A stretch of DNA of 64,000 nucleotides from Stegostoma tigrinum (taxonomy: Eukaryota). Within the stretch, counting starts at the first letter, position 1, and the number at the start of each line of letters is the position of its first letter. The notes below the pieces were generated by a model. It saw only the letters and a program-made list of their open reading frames with translations. It did no database searches and had not been told where the DNA came from. The stretch covers positions 25,459,989 through 25,523,988 of the forward strand of contig NC_081373.1 in the NCBI RefSeq assembly GCF_030684315.1. Direction: 5' to 3'. Of this stretch, positions 50,216 through 62,246 are shown one piece after another. A program made the translations under genes and the position numbers.

Positions 50216-53200
50216 CGTGTTCATCAAGGCTCAGACAGATCAACATTGAGAAATTGAATATTTCCACACATTTACGCATCCGACATCTTGGTAAGATTGG
50301 AGTGATTCAGGCATAAAAGGAAGGTATATGCAACTCCAGCAATGTACCTGAAGTGGAATCTCACTAAAGGACCCAAATGCCACAATGTGATTAAGCCATT
50401 TTGCAAACCAGTCTCATGACCTTGATGAATAAGATGATCAGTTTAAGACAACAAAAATGACATTCCTATTTAGTGGGCCCATGGCATTAGGAATATGAAG
50501 ATTTTGTAGCTCAGCGAGTGGCATTCCTTGTGTCTGTGGAAGCTATGGATTCAAGTCCCATTTTGGGATTTGTTGGTAAGAGCAGGGGAATTCCCAGTTA
50601 GATGGCATTGCCATTCCAACAGACACTTGACTCTGTCTCTAAGAGAGAGATTTATGGACTCTTGCAAACAATGGATAGTTATAGATAAATGATCACTGGA
50701 AGCAGGATGGAAATTCCTAAACACATTGTACGCAAGTTCTTCAGGCTTGGAGAAGGGTAATACCTGAAATGTTGGCTTCTCCTTGACTCCACATGCTGTC
50801 TAGCTGCTGTGTTCTTCCAGCCTCGTGGTTGTCTACCTTGGGTTCCAGCATCTGCAGGTTTTTTTTGTCTTACACACAAGTTACAGACTATGAAGATATT
50901 ATATATACATCCATCTGATAACATCTTCCCATTGTAGGGATTGACCTGGATATAGTCAAGTACTCTAATGGGTTTGCATCTGTGTAAAACTACTCGCTGT
51001 CCATAAAACAATGTTAACTGTAAAAAGACAGTTTGATATTTCCATTTAAAAGGGAATCAGATTCTTATGATAAAATGTATCATAAAATAAGAAAATAAAA
51101 ATGTTCAATCTAATCTTAAAATTTGATTGCTATGACATTAAAATTCAGGTACTGGAGGCACCAAATGTATCAGAGCCAATAATATGATATTTTTTTTGAA
51201 GAGCAAACAAGGCCAAAGAAACATTGCCATTCTGGCTTTTCTTTTAATCTTTTCTGATCTGCACTTCTGAAATTGTTTGTTCCCACAATTTTCTCGCATT
51301 TTTCTGTCCATTTTTCTCATTGTCACACTCAGCCACTGTGGCTGGAATTTTTTCCAATGGCACTAGTCCAACTTCAAGAGAAAAAGCACAGAGGGAGTGC
51401 CTCTGCTCACCCACGAGGCCCCAATTAGATTTTACGGTCGAAATGCAGATAACTACCTGATGTTCTGAAGAAGGGTCACTGGACCTGAAACGTTAACTCT
51501 GTTTTCTCCTCCACAGATGCTGCCAGACCTGCTGAGCTTTTCCAGCAACACTACCTAATGTCATGTCTGTGATTCCCACGCGGGAAAATGTCCTGCTTGC
51601 AAAGCTATTGGTGAATCAGATGACCGAAAGATCTCTAGTCCCAGCTGTGCCACTGGGAATGTCCTGTTTGTCCCCTTTAAGGAATCTTGGACAAGCTGGA
51701 AAATCGGTTAATGGTGTGGTTTTACCAGGGCCCAATCCGGCAGGCCCTGGATAGAGAACGGTGGAAATGAGTTGTGGATTGGCAAGCTGTGGGGACTATT
51801 TCAAATGGGATAGCCTCTGTTGGGTATAGGGTCCAGGAGCGACCAAAACACCAATCTCACTGCACACCACCCCCCCACCCCACGTCTCCTCTTTATTCCA
51901 ATTACTCCAAGTCCATAGTCTCCACATTGTGGCTTGGACATATTCTTTGCTACTAGTAAGATACCAACGGTGGTAAGAGATGACCAATGGGTTAGTCATC
52001 AACTGGCGACTCAAGGATCAGAATTGATGCTATGAAGTGTGGTCTGTCTGACCCCTATCACAGCTGGTAAAATACCAGCAGGGGCAGTGAGACAATGCCA
52101 TGGCATTCCCTGCCATGCCAATTATTTTATTAATAATTAATTTATTCCCAACTGACTCCTGGGCACATAGCAGGGAGACTAAAACTCCAGCCTGTACCTG
52201 TATAACAAGAATTAATACAACGCAGTAGAAAAGCAGCCTCTCTGGTGAGAGGCACAAGTTAATGTGCAGGATTTTCCTAGAGGCAGGGACGCTTCACTGA
52301 CCTTTGAAAATAATGGTAAATCCCCGATTTCAGGATTCCCAACCCCTCTTCCTGGCACTCAAATTTTGTTGCTGCAGGATAAGACCGCAGTCTGGTGGGG
52401 GTCAGGAGAACTCACTCTGCACTCTTGATCAGGCAGGCTCCATTCCAGGGAAAGGCAATCTCCGAAAACCCCACAACTTTGTGGAGACTGGCCATCTTTT
52501 GAAGGACTCATGCTAGTCAAGAATACATAGTGGGACACAGCTGAGAGTCCAAGCTTCCAATGTCTTGGCGAAAACACTGCACATAAAGAAAATATTGCTT
52601 TCTCTGAGGTTTATTTTTGTCAATTACATAATGTTTAATTATACACGATAAAGAGATGTCAAGTGCTCATAGTTTCTGCTATTGATAATTTTTCGGTCTG
52701 GATGATTGACACTTTTCTAGGACGGTGGTTAAAGAAGTTTCTCAAGAGAGTTATGAATGAATGATTCATTTTTAAAAGCACATGTCATTATTACAATAGA
52801 GCTCATTGTTTCTGTATTGAGCAAATGGACATGGAAATACCATAGGTTGAAATGGAATGAATGGAGGACGATTGGCAGAGAATAGAGGAGAATAGGCTGG
52901 AATGCAGGGCATGAGGGCCATTGGGAATGTTTGGAGGGGCATGTGTTTACATAGATGGGGCTGAGCAAGGAAGTTTCACAACTTTTATTGCCTGGCTTCA
53001 GGATGGAAATCCAGTCTAATATTTCACTTCATTTCTTGTTACCAGAGATGGGAAGTAAACAAGTTTAAACAAGCGCAGAGTAGAGAAAGTGGGTGAGGTA
53101 GGTACTTGCTTAAAATCTATTACATTGCCCGCCTTTTCTGCTTCAAAGTAAATGTTGTAACCCTCGGGCATTATTTTAACCACTTCGAATTAAAATCAGG

Positions 53201-54591
53201 CCTATTAATTCTGTCTTCTTTCTCCAGAGATTCTGCTAAGAGTATCCAGTATTTCCTGTTTTTATTTCACATTTCTAGCATGGGCAGTATTTCAATTTTG
53301 CATGTCTAACAATTTGGAACTTTGCCCCCTTCTATTAACCTACATCTTCAATTCAAGCAGTCTTGATTCATTAGTTTTTACGCCTACCAATCTCTTGAAG
53401 AATAGGAACACATTTCACATCTAATTTTTAATATTCCATCACAATAAGTGTTCCTTTTCTGTTTGTTGTTTTATTCTCTGCCATTTGTACAACTGATCAG
53501 TCAGTCAATGGCAGAGAACAATATCCATGCCCTTCCCTGGCTGACAGAGTTGCAAGGTGTACCAGAACATCTGAAATGCAGGAGTTGTCAAACTTTAATA
53601 ACTATGAATAAAATACCTGCATAAAATGTTTGTGATAGGCATCAGAAAACTTGGAAAACCAAACACTTATTTTGGGTACTGGGCAGAATATTTAAGCCTC
53701 TGTAATAGATTGTCCAATGTTTGGAAATATGCCTGATTGGCCTGATTCATATGGAGCATTGTGAGACACAGCTTGGAGCCAAATGCTCTACACACAAAGG
53801 AAAAAGCCTCTGCAGGCTTTTCTTGTAACCCTGTTGGGTACTGTCTCAAGATCACCATTGGTGAGGATCTGGAAGAATACACAGTTGCTCATTTTTTCAA
53901 AATGGAAAGTTGGATCGTACCAAATGCCCTGTAGGCCTGGAAGAAGTAAAAGCCTGAAAGTAAGTGAGTTGGAGAGTTTCATGCATAAAAATAAATTTTA
54001 AGACATTTCCAAAGCAGTGTGAGACTACTGAACCACTTTGGTTCTTCTCTTCTTATAGAGACATACAGCACTGAAACAGACCCTTTGGTCAAAACAATCC
54101 ATGCTGACCATAATCCCAAACTAAACTAGTCCCCACCTGCAGCCTCTTGTTTACAATGTTAATAATTGGAGTCCTCTTTAAAACTGAACTCTTTGGGTAT
54201 TTCATATTCAATATTTTCTCTGCAGTTGCTGAAAGCTGAAATGCTACCACCAGATGTTCTTAGAGCATTTATTTACAAAACATTCCAGAAATATTTATAG
54301 CAATGAAAATGTATTTATCCTGTAAAATAAATTGTACAATCTTTCAATCTGATCTTCTCATTTTGGCTTTTAAAGATTATTTGGCACAACATCTTAAATT
54401 TGATTCTTAACTTAAATACACTTTCATAAAGTATCAAAGCTTGAATTTCCCAGCCATTTTGGGGTTGAGGACGAAACCAACAGAATCTAGCCAGGTGATG
54501 GAGGGACTTAGTTAGGCCAGGTTGATTCTCATCTTGTGGATCATGCAAAATTCATCCAGAAAGGGCTGTGATTAGTGAAATAGCAACATCT

Positions 54592-54922
54592 GTAGAATCC
54601 CTACAATGTGAAAAGAGGCCATTTGGCCCATCGAGTCTGCACCAACCCTGCAAAGGGCATTCCACCCAAACTCAGCCCCCTATCCTATTCCCATAATCCT
54701 GCATTTTACCATGGCTAATCCATCCAGCCTACATGTCCCTGGACACAGTGGGCAATCCACCTGACCTGTCTGTGTAACCTAATCTGTCTTCGGACTGTGG
54801 GACGAAACTGGAACACCCAGAGGAAACCAATGCAGAGACAGGGAGAACATGCAAACTTCACACAGACTATCACCCAAGGCTGTGAAGTAGCAGTGATAAC
54901 CACTGAGCTATGATGCCACCCC
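54592..54922 (-). mobile_element. HE1/V-SINE-like SINE
   Basis: Reverse-complement head and core, degenerate. Confidence 0.75.
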
Positions 54923-55699
54923 ATAAATACCAGCAAGCGGGGAAATCTTGTCTTGCCCAGATAATGTGGGAGCATCACTGTTTCTGCCCAGTTTTGAACC
55001 AAAAACATTTTGTGTGTTAAGTGAAAGTGATAACCACTACAGTACAGAGACACAAAATTTACTGCAATTCCCACAATTTCTGTTTCCTTTACTCCTACTG
55101 TTGTGGATTCATACACCATGTAATCATACTGATATGCCTGACCCTGTAAAAAAATTAATGTAAAAATTAATTACACAGATATTGATCCTTGTTGGGAAAT
55201 CAGAAAATTCTAAAATGAGAAATTTTGAAACTATAATGTAGGATTACAGCTTATCAATTTGTCACAGCTATATCTATCTTCCTCCCTCTCAAGGTAGTAA
55301 CCTGGAGCCTGTAATCCCACAAGTTGAGGCAGGACAAAGATAAAATTATGCAGCAGACGGAAGTTCCAGTCTTCACCACAACCATCCCAGTGAGCTGCCA
55401 CAAGAATGGCCTACTACTATTACTGTATACACTAGAATTTCTACATGTTTAGCTTGAGTGGACATAGTAACCATTTAAAGTTTACAATTGTATTTCTATA
55501 TCAACAACTAAGGTTGCATAAACCTCTAAAAGAATTGTATAAATTTTATACATCTTTGCCTTATTTTGTACAGTATAGATTAATATTTTGAAATACACAT
55601 TTTTTTCAATGCAGTGTACAGTAACCTTTCTAGGCGAAATTTGCCACTTTAATACCATTTTATGATGGGAGTCCTCACCTCAAGAAGAGCTGGTCCTTG

Positions 55700-56225
55700 T
55701 GTCCTTGGGCCATTAATGGTCTTTGAGACACTCCTGCCCAAGGGGATTATCTCCTAGGACTTAATGTCACCATGGCATTTCTTTACGTTGACTTTCAACA
55801 TGTCTTTGAAGTGCTTTTTCTATTCATCTCCTGTGCATCTGTCCTGAGTAAGCCAGGATAAATTAACTATGTGACCAACACAGTGAAGCTGACTGTGGAT
55901 GATCATAACATCGATGTTCGTGGTGCCTGTTTGTGAGGAACACTGTTGTTAGTTGTTGGGGCACCTATCCACCCACTTTATTCACACGCAGTGTTGATAA
56001 TATGACTTCAGTGCTTTGATGTGCCTCCTGTATAACTTTCATGTTTCAACTCCATACTGTAAGTTAGGGATCACGACTGCGTGGTGGACCACAAACTTGG
56101 CTTCACATTTGTTGCTGTGTACCTCAAGCATTTCCTTACTCAGGTAGACAAAGGCTGAACCAGCAAATTTCAGGAAATGCTGGATTTCTTTGTTAATCGC
56201 AGCCTTCTGATAGATAACTTTCAAG
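55700..56225 (-). mobile_element. Decayed RTE-clade LINE fragment
   Basis: ..INKEIQHFLKFAGSAF..VHHAVVIPNLQYGVET resembles the RTE RT C-terminal region. Confidence 0.55.
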
Positions 56226-57289
56226 GCACTGAAAGTGTTTCACTTTCTAGGTACTTACTGGGAGACAATGGCCTAGTAGTAATATTGTGGTGCTGTTAAT
56301 CCAGAGACCCAAATAATACTCTGTGGATCTGAGTTTGAATCCTGCCATAGGTTATATGTGGGGGGGAAAAAATCTGGAAGTAAGGGCAATTGTTGGGGGA
56401 AAACCTCTCCCTGGTTCATTAATCCCTTTTAGGGAAGGGGCCTGCCAACCTTACTTGATCTGCCCAACCTGTGACACCACAGCAATGTGCCTCAGTCTTA
56501 GCTGCCCTTGGGGCAATTAAGGATGGTAATCAATACTGGCTGAGCCATCCTGTCAATGAATTTTAAAAAAATCAATGGGCCAGATGCATTTTAAGTTGGC
56601 TGATGGAGGACTTAGGTCTTCTAAATGTTGAGTGTAAGGCCCATTTTCTTATAGGCCTTATTATAAATGTCAAAGATCTGTTTCTGACACTGCGCGTATT
56701 ATGGCATCTTTGGTCTGTTGGAGCTTAATGGCTAAAGTTCCTCAATGCAGTCATCTGAGATTAAATAATCTGCAGTTCTGAAGAAGGGTCACCGGACCCA
56801 AAACAGATGCTGCCAGACCTGCTGAGCCGTTCCAGCCGCTTTGTTTTTGTTGTCGTTGTTGTTAAATAGTTTACAGTCCATGTGATCCTGAATAGGGTTG
56901 AACAGCCATTTCCATACTCATAGAAGACAACTACCTTTGTCTGCAAGGAAATAATAATGTATTTAAAATTATTCCAGCATGGCTTTTGTCACAATTAGTT
57001 ATTTTTGACAAATAAATCATAATTTTCCATAATTCCCTAGAGACTACAAGCATATATATGTCTCTCTCTCTGTTAAGGGAGGGCCAGTTAGCGACATACA
57101 GCTTGAAGGACATGCCTGAACAAGCACAGAGCTGGGTGAGAGGCAGGACTCTGTGAATTACCACTGTTAGTATAGAGATTGAACTGACTCTAATGGTATG
57201 ATTTTGCATCAGACTTCAGCCGTATAACCAAATGAGCTAACCAACGCCCACCATATGTTTGACTAAAGCTTAGTTTGTATATGATAAAA

Positions 57290-57830
57290 TTAGCACCACA
57301 TCCACAAACATTCACTCCCTTCAACACCGACACTCAGTAGCATCACTGCATGCCAGCTACGAGATGCACTGCAGAAATTCACCAGAACTCCTGAGACAAC
57401 ATCTTTCAAACCATGACCTCTAGCATTTGGAAAGATAGGGGCAGCAGAAATGTAGGAACATCACCTCCTTCAAGTTCCTCTCCAAACCACTCACTAATCT
57501 GACTTAGAAATATGTCACAATACGGAGATGCTGGTGTTGGACTGGGGTAGAAAAAGTCTTCACCTGATAAAGGAGCAGTGCTCCAAAAGCTTGTGATTTC
57601 AAATAAACCTGTGGGACTATAACCTGGTGTTGTGTGACTTCTGGTTCAGAAATATGCCACCATTCTTTCAGTATCACTGGGTCAAAATCCTGGAACTCCC
57701 TCAGCTTTTGTGGTTCAACCTACAGCAAGTAGACTGCAGTGGCGCAGAACACACTACCTTCACAAGGGCAACCAAAGAGGAGAAACAAATGCTGGTTGTC
57801 CAGTAATGCCCATATCCCATGCGTGAATGT
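57290..57830 (+). mobile_element. L2-like 3' region with a nested family B Penelope-type insertion (~57520-57645)
   Basis: Shares sequence with 39600-39960. The insert is flanked by AGAAATATG(T/C)CAC and carries CTGATAAAGGAGCAGTGCTCCAAAAGCTT. Confidence 0.6.
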
Positions 57831-58199
57831 TAAAAAATGTCCTCAGAAAATTTGCATTTTCCAAAATGCCTCTGCTGACAAAATTGATTTTAACAGTCAT
57901 TGAAATTCATGTTTTCCTGATGAATTATTTGACATACCTCCACAGATTTCATCCTAATTTTGAATCCAACAGCAACTTTTTCTCGCACCACTTTACAATT
58001 AGTAGTACTGTTACGATGATGCTGCAACAATCACAAATCAAACCTTATAATCTAATAGTTGTTTCTTTAAAATAATTTTCTTTCCATTCCCCCAATAAAT
58101 ACACAAAGAATGTACAAGATTCTTTATTGTTTTGTGTCACTTGGAATGGACAATTAATGCTGGCACGTGCTGTTCTGTACACTGAACCTTCTTTATTGG

Positions 58200-58400
58200 A
58201 GCAAGAACAGAAATAGCTGGAAAAGCTCAGCAGGTCTGGCAGCATTTGTGGAGAGAAACCAGAGTTAATGTTTCAGGTCCAATGACCGTTGCTCAGAACA
58301 CAGTTTGATTAGTCTCCACAGATGCTGCCAGACCTGCTGAGTTTTACCCACAATTTCTGTTTTTGTTTCTGATTTACCGCTTCTGTAGTATTTTTGTCGG
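58200..58400. mobile_element. Foldback Penelope-type fragment (family C)
   Basis: CTCAGCAGGTCTGGCAGCAT..GGAGA and its reverse complement TCTCCACAGATGCTGCCAGACCTGCTGAG. Related copies at 51463-51550, 56775-56850, 36500-36600. Confidence 0.65.
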
Positions 58401-58566
58401 TTCTTCCTTATTGGTGTCTGGTGAGTATTAAATATCCAGTATTGACTATTATTGGAAGCAGAGAGTTACAACTGATTAATAGTACAGTAACTGTAACACA
58501 GAGTGACATGCAAGTTATTGTGCATGTTAACAATGACAAGTGGGTAAAAGCAGGAGATGATATAAT

Positions 58567-58782
58567 GTGAGGTAACAAGATGTAGAGCTGGATGAACACA
58601 GCGCGTCAAGCAGCATCAGAGGAACAGGAAGGCGGTTTTTCTGCAAAAATGCGTTTCTGAAGAAGGGTCTAGGCCCAAAACATCAGCCTTCCTGCTCCTC
58701 TGCTGCTGCTTGGCCTGCTGTGTTCATCCAGCTCTACACCTTGTATATCTCAGATTCTCCAGCATCTGCAGTTCCTACTATC
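58567..58782. mobile_element. Foldback Penelope-type insertion (family A variant)
   Basis: Inverted arms; TSD AGATGATATAAT at 58555-58566 and 58783-58794. Confidence 0.8.
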
Positions 58783-59039
58783 AGATGATATAATTCGTCA
58801 TCTAAAGACCCAGGTTCAAAATCCTTGGTAAAAATCTGGAATTATAAGCTAGTTCCTGTTGATTACTGGAAAAACTCATTTGGTTTACTAACATCTTTTA
58901 GTGAAGGAAATCAGTCATTCTTATCTAGTTTGGCCTATGTCTGACTCCAGACCCTCAACCATACAGTTGAATCTTAAATGCAATCTAACAAACCACTCAC
59001 TCATATCAAACTGCTGTCAAAATTGAATAACATCAAGTG

Positions 59040-60150
59040 TACCACCCGTCATTGGTCACAGGCAACAGAAACATCAATGGCAGGTCTGATTCTTAATAAG
59101 TCCTCCTCCTTACTAACATTGACTCAGGCCAAAATTTGGGAATAAGTTAAGCAACAGCCTAGCATTTTCATAGTCATATTCAATGAATAATGTGTTACTA
59201 ACTACCATGTCGATGTGAAATGGGATGGACCGACCAGAGTTGGCAGCATAGTGGCATACAGTTTGTGGGGAACTGCCCAGAGTCTTCAAGTTTGATTCCA
59301 GACTCAGTGAAGTCTCATGACATGAGGTCAAACATGGACAAGAGGAACCTTTTGCTGATAAATCCCTTCATCAATTTGATAACTCAGATGGTCAGTTCCC
59401 CTCATATTGAAGACTTACTAAAAGAAACACTAGACATGGCAAGTGAATAAATTGTAATGTTGTTGGAGGACTTCAATATTCACCATTTAGTGTGACTTGA
59501 GAGCACCACTACTGACCAAGGTTTTACAGTATGTTTTTGAGATAGTTTCTTAGAGTAACATGTTTTGGAAGCTATCTTAAAGTTAGTACCAAGTTATATT
59601 AAAATTGGTATTGTGTAGCATGTCATTCATAATCTCAGAACAACAGCACCACTATGTAGCATTGGCAGCAATATGATTTCATTTTTCAACCAGTTGCTCA
59701 GGAAGAATATTGGGCATAAGACTGGTAAACTTAAATAAGTCCAACTATATGGGCATGAAAGCTATGCTGGCTTAAATGAATTGGCATTATCGGTTAGTGG
59801 AAAATTAATGAAGACACAGTGACAGATGTTTAAGGGGAAATTTCATAACATTTAGAATAAGTATGTTCCTACTATGAAGAAAAATTCTGAAGGGAGGACC
59901 CTTGTTAAATAAAAAAAGTTAGGGAAAACCTCACATTTAAGGAAAAAGCATATAATTGCACAAAAGTGAGTGGCAAGTCAGCTGTTTAGTCAGACTAAAC
60001 AGAACAGCAGAGAATGTCTAAAAGATTAACTGAGAAGAAGAAATTAGTGTAAGAAAGGTAGCTACAAATTTAAAAATAGATAGCCAAGACCTTCTACAGG
60101 TACATTAAAAAGGAAAAGAGCAAGAAAGTGAGCATTGGTCCTCAAAAGTA
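59040..60150 (+). mobile_element. Old CR1/L2 ORF2 fragments (endonuclease-proximal region)
   Basis: Decayed ..LEDFNIHH.., DSFLE.HV and LNKSNY.GM motifs. Confidence 0.5.
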
Positions 60151-60924
60151 TACAAGAAATATTATAGCTATACCTGCAGGATTTGAACTCAGGTTCCCAG
60201 AACATTACCATTGGGGCAGCGAACTCCATTAAATGACAAGGTTACACATTAGATCACTGCGAAAGAAGACAAGGATGAGGAAGTACAGGAAACATTTCCA
60301 CTCAGAGTGGAAATGGCATGGAGAAATTTCTGAGAAAATAACTGAAGTTGTGAGAGAAATGTTCATGAGGGACGTTTTGGATCCTCAGATTGCTGAAAAC
60401 TTTCATTCAATCCAAACAAATTCTGGATGCTCTCAGGCGCATGCAGGCTCAAGATTTTCTGCATCACACTTTCAACAGGAAAGACAGATCTATCTAAACA
60501 AGTGTTAATGTGCAGAATCTCAGCTACCATTAGCCAAATTAAACACAAACAGCTGAAAAGCGACTAGCCGATTGGTTCTCTTCTAAATGGAAATTGATGA
60601 AGCAGATGAAGTTAAAAAGTTTCCATTCTGTACATGTTTGAATTTTTACTTCAGCTGACATTCTTATAATTCAAACTGCATGAGTAAATTTTAAGTGACA
60701 GATGATTCAACTTTCCCTGCTCCCCAACTTGCTTCTGGATGATATTTCTGTTGTATCAAAATGCTCTTTAGTGCGTGTGCTTAAACCCAGCCGAAGAAAT
60801 CAGTGAAACTTGCAAATGATGCGTACAATTCTGACTTGTTTTGTCACCGCACAGTCCCAAAAGAAAAGGTTCTTTAGGTTGAGAAAAGTGCTCCAGTACA
60901 ACCAGCAGGTTAAGTTCCTAGTGT

Positions 60925-61045
60925 GAGTGATAATGAGAACTGCAGATGCTGGAGAACCCAAGATAATAAAATGTGAGGCTGGATGAACACAGCAGGCCCA
61001 GCAGCATCTCAGGAGCAGAAAAGCTGACGTTTCGGGCCTGGACCC
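60925..61045 (-). mobile_element. Family A fragment truncated inside the hammerhead core
   Basis: TSD TTCCTAGTGT at 60915-60924 and 61046-61055. Confidence 0.78.
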
Positions 61046-61158
61046 TTCCTAGTGTTCCGTTTTTTCATAGATTTTTCTCCCCTCTTGTAGTTAAGCACAA
61101 TAATTTTCAATGCACTCAACCAGCCTTACCTTAGAGATTATTAAGAAGTTCTTAGTAA

Positions 61159-61478
61159 TGTGGTGATGCCAGTGTTGGACTGGGGTGGACAAAATCGGAA
61201 GTCACACAACGCCAGGTCATAAATCACTTTGGAAGCACTGCTCCTTCTTCGTGTAGCACTGCTCCTACCTCATGTGAAGCCCTGCTCCTTCCTCATGTGT
61301 AGCACTGTTCCTACCTCATGTGAAGCACTGCTCCTTCCTCATGTGTAGCACTGCTCCTTCCTCATGTGTAGCACTGCTCCTTCCTCATGTGAAGCACTGC
61401 TCCTTCTTCATGTGATGTGGACTATAACCTGGTTTCATGTAACTTTGTCCACCCCAGTCCAACACTGGCATCTCCACA
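61159..61478. mobile_element. Family B foldback element with an internal 23-bp tandem repeat
   Basis: 35-bp terminal inverted arms TGTGG(T/A)GATGCCAGTGTTGGACTGGGGTGGACAAA; about 8 copies of AGCACTGCTCCTTCCTCATGTG(T/A) at ~61234-61415. Confidence 0.8.
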
Positions 61479-61779
61479 TAATGGCTATCATCGACACCAC
61501 AAACTGCCGGCTCAGAATGGAAAGGGTCTCCAAGACGATTGTGCAAGTTGACCACTTCACCTCATGAAGGAGCAGCACTTGAAAGCTTGTGATTTGTGCC
61601 TTCTGCAAGAAAGGTACTATAACTGGGACAAATTGTGGACTTTATCATCCAAACAGTTGCAAAACTTTTGGGAGTAAAAGTGGCTGATTATTTGATCAGC
61701 GTACTTGGCGCCTCACTTGATTGTGCTACCTCTTTCATCACTCAGGGCACTGCATTGATGAGTTCTGAAGTGGCCCAGA

Positions 61780-62194
61780 CAATGGGACTACAATTCCCAG
61801 AATGCCGGCGGAGGTCGCGGCTGCGCAGTGGCTGGCGCTGAGGTGTGGCTGTCAGGAGGGTGGATTGGGAACCCCCTGCAGGCCGGGAGGGTTCATGGCA
61901 GCTTCCGCTCCCCTTCCCCACCACCCCCCCCCCGCCCCCTAGAGGAGCCCAGAGCATGGGGGGCGGGGGGGAGATCGGTCGCCAGTCGCTCGCAGTCTCT
62001 GTGTGTGTGATGTCCCGGTGCCCTGGCTGTCTCCAACACAGCGGGGGAGGACAAGGCGAAAGGGAATCGGGAGAAGTGGCAGGCAGCCTGGCTCAGCCGG
62101 CAGCCTGAGAAAGCAGAGACAGCGAGGTTTGACAGCAGCAGCAGCAGAGGGAGAAGAAGAGAGCATTTCCTGAGCCGCATTTCTCCCCAAGTCC
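61780..62194 (+). promoter_or_regulatory. GC/CpG-rich GRK5 promoter and 5' UTR with ZNF143/Staf-binding motif
   Basis: ACTACAATTCCCAGAATGC at 61787-61805 matches the extended SBS motif. GC boxes near 61930 and 61960; short (CAG)n near 62133. Confidence 0.7.
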
Positions 62195-62246
62195 ATGGAG
62201 CTGGAGAATATAGTCGCTAACACGGTCTTGTTAAAAGCCAGAGAAG
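62195..62246 (+). CDS. GRK5: G protein-coupled receptor kinase 5, coding exon 1 (MELENIVANTVLLKARE)
   Basis: tccATGGAGCTGGAGAATATAGTCGCTAACACGGTCTTGTTAAAAGCCAGAGAAG|gtaatg; 52 nt; GRK4/5/6-subfamily N-terminus. The GRK5 call rests on adjacency to PRDX3. Confidence 0.88.
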
